A stretch of DNA of 64,000 nt, taken from a virus. Shown piece by piece: positions 54,601 through 64,000 of this stretch. How positions within the stretch are numbered: position 1 is the stretch's first letter; each line of letters opens with the position of its first letter. The notes beneath the pieces are model-generated. The model was not told the DNA's origin. It did no database searches and worked only from the letters and a program-made list of their open reading frames with translations. Made by a program: the position numbers and the translations under genes. The stretch lies in IMG/VR virus record IMGVR_UViG_3300045051_000531, one strand, 5' to 3'.

Positions 54601-57600
54601 TGGGCCTGTGGTGAGTCCAGTAGCATCATCGAGATGAAGGGGAACACCCTGAAGCCGCTGCAGTACCAGCACCCTGGGTCACTGAAGGACTTCCGTCACG
54701 TCGAGTTGGATGAGTGTCCCATCGACCCGAAGCTGCCGTACAGCGTTGAGATCAACATCCCAAGCGGTGAGATGGTAGTGGCCAACCACTTCAGCTCGCT
54801 GTTTGATGAGATCAAAGATCGGTACTCGGCGGAGAAGAGCATCAACTTCCTGTGGGGCCGTAAGAACTGCACCGAGGAGTACGCCAAGCAGGGCTACATC
54901 GAGATGAACATCGGGAACTGCTCGTGCCGGATGTACCAGATGAACAAAGCAGGCACCAAGTTCGTCATGGGGGCCTCGGACTGTGTCAGGGGCCGCAAGC
55001 CGGTCGCCAACGTCTGCACCGACTTCTGGGGCTACGGCATCACGGATAGGCAGCTAGCGCTGAAGAACGGTCTCGAAGCCATGATGAAGGATCGTCCCCA
55101 CATGGATGTCGACGTCGTGAAGTGCAAGCCAGGTCGTTATCGGTTCACTCACCGCTACCACCTCTGCCGTGAAGATGAACGTGGCATCTATACCCACATT
55201 GAGTGGGTCGGGGAGACCGCATGAAATCTATTCTCGTTCTAGGGGTACTGATCCCAGTTCTCATGTATGTCGTTGTGGCTGGGATCGCCTGGCAGTTCAG
55301 GAATCCACTGGCTAACCGGGCCACCTTTTGGACGCATCTCCCTGAAGCGCTGACGTTTCAGAAGATGCCATATTTCCAGATCAAGGAGGACCAGTGAGTA
55401 CTCCCGACGGCAACCCTGACGGTTCCGAACAGCTCGAGGCCGTCAGTATTCGCGTCGAAGCTGTTCCCGGTGCACTGCGGTTCATGAAGAACAACACTGG
55501 GATCCAGGCCGCTGACCGGGTACTTCTGGAAACCGCTGCTCAGGTGATCGAACAGCTCGTCAAGGACATCAAACAACTAAAACAGAAGAGGTAACTGTGC
55601 CCGTCTACCGGAACTCCAAGGAGCTCGGCTCCAACGTGCTCGCCAAGGGCGACGCCGTCATTTTCGACGTCAGATCGGAGATCAAGTTGTTCGGATTCCA
55701 GATCCGTGAAGGCGTCACCCACGTCTACACCGTGACGGTCGACGACGACAAGTCGGTGTTCCTGAAGCATCGGGATGGCGGTAGCTATAACCGGAAGATC
55801 TGGGATGACATCGGGGTCGGTAGTCACCGGCTCCAGATTGCGTCAGCCATCGTCGGGAAGCCGTCGATCACTGACAGGAACTGGCCATGCGGCAGGGACT
55901 GGAACCTGGTCGATCAGACCAAGGTGGTATACGCCCTGTTCGAGCACATCGAGGGCATCAAGGACATCTCGGACGGTCTCGCGGAGAAGCGGGTCAAGAT
56001 GCAGGACGAGCTCAAGAGGAAGATCGCGGAGCCCAGGACCGTGGATCGCGTCGCCGTGGTCAAGGCGTTCGCGAAGGGTGACTGGGGGTGCCAGAAGAAC
56101 TCCGTGACTGAGCTCGTCGCGGCCCTGATCGGGTTTACCTCGGAGGAGCTCGTCGAGGCCAGCCAGCATATCGAGGTCTACACGTAAGGCACCATGGACC
56201 GAGCCCCGGCTCCTGCCAGAGATCTCGATATCTTCGCTCCGCTACGGAACCAGTGGCTCCGGTGGAGACACGGTTCCGTAGCGGAGCGGGAAGACATGGT
56301 CAGATTAGCCAAGAAGTTCCCGGAGATCCTGCAGGGGCAACGGCTTCGGGATCTCTGGCTCGGCTTCAATACCGACTAACACAGAAAGCGAGGCGAAATG
56401 GCTAACCCGGAACCCGAGAACCACTGCCCGAACGACAACCGGGCCAAGATCGAGGCGGCGTGCCGTCGCTGGTGGGACTGCCCTGACGTGGGTGGTAAGC
56501 GTATCGCCACCAGAGGGTGGGATGAGATCCCCGAGGAGTGGAAGCACGACTACCGGCGCCGCATGGCAGCTGCTCTGGAGCTCCTCGGATGACCTGTCGG
56601 ATCACGAAGCACGGCGACGTCGTGATCATTGCCTGTAGCAATATCTCGGTGCTGCAGCGCTGGCCGAAGCGGCTGCCCAATGGGGCCCAGAACATCACGT
56701 ACAAGCAGGCCGTCCGGTTACGCGACAGGCCTAGGAAGGACACATGACCGAAGCTGAGGAGATCGAGCTCAAGGAGCTCCGGGCCTTCAAGGCCAAGGTG
56801 GAGCCCGTGATCCAGAACATCCTCGATATCCTGTACTGGGATCCGGACCGGGGCTGCTATGACCCCGACTATGAATGGTCCCAGGACGAGATCGAGTACG
56901 TCGACGCCGAGATCCTGAAGCTGTACAGGAAGCCCAAGCTGGGCACCACGGCGTACCCCAAGCTGAAGCTGGGGCGGCGATGCCGGTAGCCCAGTTCCGA
57001 GGCCACCAGGTCACCGTTGTCGCCATGCCTGGGAAAGAGCTCAAGCCGGGGACCCCTGAGGAACAGATGCAGCGAACCGATGTCGCCTTGGAGATATACG
57101 TAGCTGGGGCCGGGCCTATCTTTGCCGATCGCAACGGCTGGTCTGGAGGGCTCTACAAGGTCAACCGGATCGCGTCACCGTTTTCAAACCTGCAGGCTGC
57201 CCTGCACTACTTCGGGAAGGACACCGCATGAGCTTACGACCAGAGGGTTGTGGCCGTACTCTGGGGCACGGGGAGACCTGCTGTCCTGGACACCTTTGCG
57301 ACGCCTGTGGTCGAGATTACAGGCCGCCGGAGGGGAACCCCGCTGGCTGCAGGCGCACCATGGGGCACGGGGAGACCTGCGGCCCCGGTAATCTCTGTGA
57401 TGACTGCGCCCCGCTGAGTTCTGTTCACCGCGTCCGTGGTGAAACCGAGATCGTGATAACCGTTAAAGTGCGAGATAGATAGGAGGCCCATATGGCGAAA
57501 CCCAAGAAGCCGAAAGGCAAGTTGATCTGGATCGAACAGAAGCGAGTGGAGAACCGGTTCTTCCTTGTCGAGGTACACCCTGAGGCAAGCGAAGACGACA

Positions 57601-59551
57601 TCCTGCATCTGTTCGAGCGGCATCATCTCGCCGAAGACCATGAACCGGATATCGTCAACGACGATCTGCCAGAGTTCAATATGGCCCGCAAGAAGGTGAC
57701 CGCAGCGGATCGGAGATCGTTCAAGAACGGGGCCGTCGGGCTTGAACTCGTCGAGCTGACGAAGCCATGACCCCCGAGAAGCTGACGAGGTCGCTGGTCG
57801 AAGGCGGCCTGAAGTCCTTGCTGGTCACGATCAACGCGTTCGAAGGTCTCGACATGCGGGACTCCGTCAGGCATGCCCGTGAAGCCTTGGACCACTTCAT
57901 CGCTGGGCTCGCGCTCCTAGATGCCTACGGCTACGGGGTCAAGCCTGGTCTCCAGACGCTCGACAAGGTCTTCGTCAAGGCGGGCTGGGACAACAACGGG
58001 CTCCGCTGGGACCTCGCTCCTCGGAGCTACAAGGTCCCCAGGGAGCTCTATCGTATCCAGATCGTGGAGTTCCTGAACAAAGAGAAGACAGCCTGGAAGA
58101 AGGCATGAGCAAGAAGGTTCTCTGCGTTATCGATGTCACCACGGGAACCGTGGTGGCTGCCGATAACCTGTTCGTTGTTCAGGCCTCTGAGACCGCGGTA
58201 CGTCGGGCCGAGAGCAACGATGCCGCCGCTTACGCGTTAGCTATGAAATCAGGGCGGTATATCGATATTGAGGTACTGCAGGGGATCGTCGATCGGAAGT
58301 CCATTCAGGAGGTCCTCAAGAAGCTCAAGCCGGAGGCCACATGACTTCTCGTGGGAACCCAGGGAACAGAGCGTTCCGGGCGTCGCTGCGGGATCCAGCC
58401 ACGAAGACAGAGATCGTCGTGGTTCCGATGACGTTTCGGATCACGTACGCGGTCCCCGAACACCGCGAGTACCTCATGAACGAGATTGCTCACACCAGCT
58501 TTTCGATCAGTGGTGCCGGGATCACAAGAGATGGGAGCAGTGCGAAGTCGTACAGCGCTCGGTGTCTCGGGGTGAAGACCAAGAAGAAGAAGCGTCGCTG
58601 ATGGCTACCCACCATCACCACCACTACCATCACCGAGGTGGTGGCGGTGGTGGAGGAGGCGACGACGGCTGCATGGAGAGGGCGTTCGAGTTCGTTGTCA
58701 TCATGATCATCATCGGCTACATCTTGAAGGGGTGCAGCTAACAACAGGGAGGCCATATGGTCAACGCGGCGGACATCATTGCTCGGGGCTACGTCTTCGA
58801 GAAGGAATACGAGGCCATGAGTGCCTCCAAGAAGCTCTGCAAGATCAACCTGCGTCACGCTGATGGTGAAGTCGAGGGGATCTGGATCTACCCGCTCGAA
58901 AAGGATACCGTCGCTGGGACCAAGTTCCATTTCGTGTTCTTCAATGACCCCCTGGCGTTCCTGGGTGGGCCCCGTCCCACAGCTGGCATGGTTGGCATCG
59001 GTACCTCGACTGGGTCCGAAACCAGGGGAACCGCGGAAGCCATGGAGTGCATCGAGCTATTCAAGAAGGCTGGGGAACCTGCGATCAAGGAGTTCAGGGA
59101 CTCCGCGGCCCGCTACGAGGCCGAGAAGAAAGCCAAAAAGGAGGCCAACTAGGTGCCCAACATGATTCGCTCTGATCTCGAGGAATACGTCGTCCTGCAC
59201 AACGAGGGTGAATGCTTCGTTGACGGACGCCTTGGTGCCCGGGTCAGCAAGCTCTACGACGACGCGACCAAGTTAGTCAATGCCTCCTACGTCACCGTGG
59301 GGCAGGACTCCAAGTCGAAGCGGCTCTACCTCGGGTACCACGAAACGATGTCGGAGCTCACCCTGGACCAGATGGTCAGGGGTTGCACCGAGATCCTGCA
59401 GTGGAAGGGGAAACTGGAGCTCGACGTGGAGCCCTGCCGGCCCGGCTACGAGGTCCACGTGATCTTCCTGTACCCGGCGCGGCACCTTAAGGAGTTCAAG
59501 AAGATGATCGCTTTGGCCCAGAAGACGATGTCGGTGGCCTGGAGGGCGTAG
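51644..59551 (+). other. run of hypothetical ORFs (including 51644-52264, 52264-52746, 52748-52948 Zn ribbon, 53595-54185, 54220-55224, 55597-56187, 57228-57482, 57492-57770, 57767-58108, 58105-58344, 58341-58601, 58601-58741, 58757-59152, 59153-59551)
   Basis: Contiguous + strand ORFs with AGGAGG-type RBSs and overlapping stop/start codons. Confidence 0.6.
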
Positions 59552-60098
59552 TGTCGGCGACCGTCATACTGTACCAAGCAAACTACGGCCCGACCTGCGA
59601 TATCTTGATGCCAGAAGGCGCCAAGGTGCTGGAGTTCATCATCGATCAATGGGACAACGTCCAGTTAGCAGCGCTCGTCGACATGAACGCACCAGTTATA
59701 AATCACCGGTTCTATGTGGTCGTACAGGGTGGCTTCACCGACGAACCCCTGGGGGCATTCGTGAACTCCGTGATGCTGACAGGTGGTCTTAGGTACTACT
59801 TCTTCCTGTCGAAACGAGGACATCAATGAGAACTGTTTACAAGTACCGGGTGCCTATCGATGACACCTCGGTTGTCGAGCTCCCCAGGGGAGCTCAGGTC
59901 ATCAGGTTCGGATGCCAGGGTAACGAGATCTTCCTGTGGGCTGTCGTGGATCCCGCTGAGAAAGAGACCACGAAGCACATCTACTGGATCCGCGGCACCG
60001 GGCACCCGATCCCGGATTCCCTTGGCGTCTATATCTGCTCTGTCGATCTACCGAACGGGCTCGTGTTCCACATCTTCGATGCGAAAGGATGGACCTGA
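59551..60098 (+). CDS. two tandem paralogous small beta-rich phage proteins (59551-59829 and 59826-60098)
   Basis: MPEGAKVLEF...LAALVD versus LPRGAQVIRF...LWAVVDP. Confidence 0.6.
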
Positions 60099-62727
60099 TG
60101 AAAGATCGTTTAACTATGTCGGTTATCCTGCTGTTCGCGGGCGGCATTACCGGGGTCCTGATCCACGCCTGGATCATGAATCTCGAGGCCCACGCCAGGC
60201 TGGATTCCGTTGAACCGGCCAAGCCGGTTCAGGATCCCAACGTCTGGAAGAAGGCCTACCTGGGCAAGCTGTTCCGGATCGGTGATACCAAGGGAACCGT
60301 GGCCGGTTTCGAGGGGCTCTATGAGACCGGGCGTGCCAGGGTCGTCCTGCAGAACGGGGATTCCGTGTACGTGGAATGGATGGCTGTCGCGAACCAGCAC
60401 GGCCCGGCAGTGCAGCCATGAGAACCGCGATTCTCTGGCTCGTCATGGTGAACCCGGTCCTCGCCGGACTCCTGTTCGTGTATACCAACATGTGGCCCTA
60501 CCTGTTCCCAGTGGCCCTGGCGTTCTCATGCGTCGCGCTCGTCGAGCTGAACCGGCGGGACCAGCTCTTGGCGATGTTCCAGATCGATCACCGCTACGAT
60601 GGCATCTTTGGTCAGGAACAGAGACCAAGAGGGCTGCAGTCGCCACGGATGAAGCGGCCCATCCTGGTGGATTTCATCATTGAGACCCAGGATGGCCGCA
60701 GGTTCCTGTTCAGGTACGGGGAGCCTGGTATCCTCCCGCATCCCAGGCTGGTGCTGGGGGTGGACCCCGATGAGCGCAACCTGGGTGAACTTGCAGCGGT
60801 CTCCGAGCTACCTAGGCTGAAGATCGACACATGAGTTCAAGCTCACATTGCATCCTGCACGGGAAATACACCACGCTCAAGGCGCTCACGAAGTCGGGGA
60901 CCCGTAGGCGTCCGAGTCGCGATGACGCCAAGCCTGCGCTGCCTGAGCTGCCCAAGTCGCGACGGAGCCGGCGCGCCTACGTCAAGGCGCGCTGCAAGCT
61001 GGTCAAACGGATGCTGAAGATCATCTTCCCCAAGCTTCGCGTCGCCAAGAAGTGGAGTGGGCCGACCAAGCAGGAGCACAGCTGTGGCAGGGTTGCCAAG
61101 CTCCTGGACGTCCCCACGGACCACGTCTACTTGGTCATGATGGGGGTCGCCGGGGAGCCGCAGTGCAACCGGATCGTTACGGCGATCGAGAAAGCTCTGA
61201 AAGCCTACAACGACGGAGGTCGTCATGACTGACAAGATCACGGAACTCCGATCTGGGGATCCGTCATGCGTGTTTTGTTCTGGGCACGACTACACCGGGC
61301 AAGGTGGTCCCGATGGGAGCATGGATAGCCGGCAGTGTCCGGTCTGTGCGCCCCAGATGATCGCGCGTCGGGAAGCCATGATCGGTGATCTCGAGAAGCA
61401 GCTCGCCGATGAACGCGCCGGGTTCAAGATGATGCGCGAGGCCAGGGCGACGCACCGCTGCAAGGTCTGCGCGGCGCTCTGGGTCCGGCACCCCGATGGG
61501 TCCTGGTCGCTGTGCAGTGATACCTGCGGGAAGTGCTGCGACGTCGCCGCCATGGGGTCCCAGATCGAGCCCATCGGGATCACCGCGGAGCTCGAAGCGC
61601 TCAAGGCCAGGCTTGTCATGACTTCAGCCAAGGAGGCCAAGCTCCAGGATTACCGGGAAGGTCACTGGGATCGCCGGGAACCGCAGAGCTGTATCGAAGA
61701 GCTCGTCGAGATCTGTGATGCCAGGACTGCTGAACTCGTCGAGGCCAGAGCCGAGCTCGCGGAGTCCGAAGCGGAAGTCAGGCTGATCATGCGGCAAGGC
61801 GACCTGCTGACCAGGACGGCCAATGCGTTGCATGGTGGTCCCCTTCCCAACGGGCTCTGGTCGCATCACGACCTCCCCGAGCTGGCCCAGCAGCTCCAGG
61901 ATGCCCTGGTCGAGGAGCGCAACCATCGCGAGAAGTCTGATAACATCGCCAGGGAAGCCGCAAAACAGCGGGATCAGGCCCGAGAGGAACTCGCCGCTGT
62001 GCGAGCTGACGCCGACGCGGCAAACAAAGAGGGCGCCGGGTTTGCTTTACAGGCCTGTAATGCGACCCTGGAGAACAACGCCTTGCGCGCCGAACTGGCT
62101 GCGCTCAAGGAGCACAAGATCAAGCTGCCGGACTGGGAACGCAGCATGGAGTCTCACAGCGACTACATCGACGTGCTCCGGGAATCCCTGCGTCGCCAGG
62201 GTTACGAGGTCATATGAGCCTGTCGACCTGCGAGAAGTGCGGTGGTCATGTATCCCTGGGCCCCGATGCCTCGAACTGCTGCGAGGAGTGCGGCGCCCAT
62301 GTCTTCGCCGTGGAGCCCAGCAACTTCATGGCGAAGACGGGACCAGGGACGTACTCCGGGGCCATGCAGGATCTCATCAACAAGCAGGACGCCGAGATCG
62401 CGGCTCTGAAGGCCAGGAAGGTCGAGCTGCCTGCGAAGCTCGTCGATGAATCCGGGAAGCCGACCTGGGGCGACTACAAGGCTGGATACAACACAGCGAT
62501 CGAGGCCTGCAGGCGTGCCATCAGAGCTGCTGAGATCGAGGTCTCCGATGGCTGATCCCAAGCTGACCCCAGCTGAACTGCTCATACAGAATCAAAGGCT
62601 CAAGAACCTGTTAGCGGTTGCGCTACGGGATCTAACCGGAACTCGGGCCGGGCGTCTTACCCCGGAGCAGCTCAGCATCTTCCTTGCCGACTGCGAAGCC
62701 CTCATCGGAGATTGGAGGAAAACATGA
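60098..62727 (+). other. run of hypothetical ORFs (60098-60421 and 60418-60834 membrane-anchored; 60831-61232; 61225-62217 Cys-rich plus coiled coil; 62214-62555; 62548-62727)
   Basis: Contiguous overlapping + strand ORFs. Confidence 0.55.
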
Positions 62728-63053
62728 GCGATGATCTCAAGCCGTGTCCGTACTGCGGCGCCGAGCACGTCGGGAGCTGTTGTTCCTCGTACGACGGGAA
62801 ATGGTTCGGCAACCTGGGCTGCGTGGTTTGTGGGGCCACGTTCGAAGTCGAGAACCAGCCAGATCAGGCCACCCTTGAGGCCGCCCTGGCGAAGCTCTGG
62901 AACGCGAGAGCCATAGCGCAGGAAGGCTTGGAGCTCCTCAAGGAGGCCCCGTGTACGTGCACGGAGCCCAACGGTATCGGGATCGTGGATCACAGCGAGA
63001 CCAACCCGGCCTGCTTCCAGAACCGGGCAAAGCTTTACCAGCTGAAACCGTAG
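62724..63053 (+). CDS. Lar-family-like Zn-ribbon protein
   Basis: DLKPCPYCG...GCVVCGA...LWNAR. Confidence 0.6.
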   Translation: MSDDLKPCPYCGAEHVGSCCSSYDGKWFGNLGCVVCGATFEVENQPDQATLEAALAKLWNARAIAQEGLELLKEAPCTCTEPNGIGIVDHSETNPACFQNRAKLYQLKP

Positions 63054-63063
63054 TCGAATAATT

Positions 63064-63354
63064 ATGAAGCCACATCTCAGACCGAAGAAGGCACCGCTGT
63101 CAGCTCTGACCGTGGACAACCTGGTGGTATCCCGGCGGATCGCCAAGGAGATCCTGAAGAAGCAGGGTCCCCAGAAGCGGACCTCGTTGCTCATGACGAT
63201 GATCAATACGTACCGGTTCCGACATAAGCTCATCGTCGATGTCGGCCAGATGACGATCGCGATGCGGCAGCTCATCGCTGAGGGCGACATCATCGATACC
63301 GATGGGATCGTTGCGCTCGCCAAACACACGAAACCAGGAGGTCGACATGCATGA
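63064..63354 (+). CDS. hypothetical basic protein
   Basis: ORF track. Confidence 0.5.
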   Translation: MKPHLRPKKAPLSALTVDNLVVSRRIAKEILKKQGPQKRTSLLMTMINTYRFRHKLIVDVGQMTIAMRQLIAEGDIIDTDGIVALAKHTKPGGRHA

Positions 63355-63661
63355 TGTCGCCAGAACCGCAGCGGTTCTCCAGGAGGTCGCCCGTGAGCGC
63401 CTCAGGCAGATCGAGAGGGGGTTCACCACGCAGCACGACGACCAGCACACCTATGGTGAACTCGCCGATGCTGCCGCGTGTTACGCACTGAACCAGGGCT
63501 GCGAGACGTACTGCCCGGCCCCGAGGACGTGGCCGTGGTCGTTGACGTTCTGGAAGCCGAAGACGAGGCGAACTGATCTCCTCAGGGCTACCGCGATGCT
63601 GGTCGCCGAGATCGAGCGTCTCGACCGGGCCCAGGACCGAGCCGACAAGCCGGACCGATGA
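63347..63661 (+). CDS. conserved phage hypothetical protein
   Basis: ERLRQI...HDDQH..GELADAAACYA...WPW...WKP...DL.RA.A.LVAEIERLDR, a motif I recall as common in phages. Confidence 0.65.
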   Translation: MHDVARTAAVLQEVARERLRQIERGFTTQHDDQHTYGELADAAACYALNQGCETYCPAPRTWPWSLTFWKPKTRRTDLLRATAMLVAEIERLDRAQDRADKPDR

Positions 63662-63870
63662 TCTCAGATACCTGCTACGTTTGCGGTACCGAGTTACACG
63701 ATCTCCGTCACGGGATCCCGATCTATGAGAGCGTCGTGGTGCCCGACAACTGGACGGGCCCCTGGATCGGGTATCCGGTCTGCCGGAAGTGCTTCGACGC
63801 GAACCGGGATCCCGTGGTGCCCAGGCTCCCGGTTCCCGGGGACGCCGAGTTAGTGGGGAGACCGACGTGA
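63658..63870 (+). CDS. small Zn-ribbon hypothetical protein
   Basis: CYVCG...CRKC. Confidence 0.5.
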   Translation: MISDTCYVCGTELHDLRHGIPIYESVVVPDNWTGPWIGYPVCRKCFDANRDPVVPRLPVPGDAELVGRPT

Positions 63871-64000
63871 CCCCGCATCAGGTGGAGGGGCGTCATGGCC
63901 AATAACGAACAGCGGCGTAGGGCGAGGCGTGAATACGACGTCATGCATCGCAACGAGCGGGCCCCACGCCCCGTGCTGAAGGATGGCCAGGAGGCCGTCC

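Noticed and set aside
58649-58683. Partial match of the array 1 gapped code to the Gly-codon tract of the His/Gly peptide
   Set aside because: Only 16 of 24 specified positions match, mostly in low-complexity GGn codons, which is expected by chance in GC-rich DNA.
1-64000. tRNA, rRNA, integrase or structural virion genes
   Set aside because: No convincing cloverleaf, rRNA-like segment, recombinase or capsid/tail motif was seen by eye. tRNAscan-SE and HMM searches would be needed to exclude them.

Overview
A 64-kb segment of a large, GC-rich dsDNA bacteriophage genome (jumbo-phage-like). No capsid, tail, integrase, rRNA or tRNA genes were seen. Nearly all plausible genes are on the + strand; the terminase large subunit is the main exception. 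Layout: (1) 447-1596: two GGY-NN pentamer arrays, each closed by a UACG-tetraloop hairpin, then a GIY-YIG-like nuclease ORF and a stand-alone Cas7/RAMP-like gene. This looks like a repeat-RNA-guided system without CRISPR and matches my recollection of the recently reported VIPR architecture. (2) Terminase on the - strand, then a Zn-motif ORF and an origin-like triple repeat. (3) 5.3-17.2 kb: Mre11 and Rad50 interleaved with two complete ubiquitin-like conjugation modules (E2, JAB, E1, Ubl / Ubl, E2-Zn fingers, JAB, E1). (4) 17.2-35 kb: replication and recombination core (UvsW-like helicase, DnaB-like helicase, primase, UDG-fused family A polymerase, SSB candidate, RecA/UvsX, RusA, RuvB, RuvA). 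(5) 35-64 kb: dense accessory region of mostly small hypothetical ORFs, with an HNH endonuclease, DEDDh exonuclease, 3D-domain protein, YkgJ-like protein, AAA ATPase, Lar-like proteins and several paralog families. All assignments come from motifs read by eye; no database searches were run.
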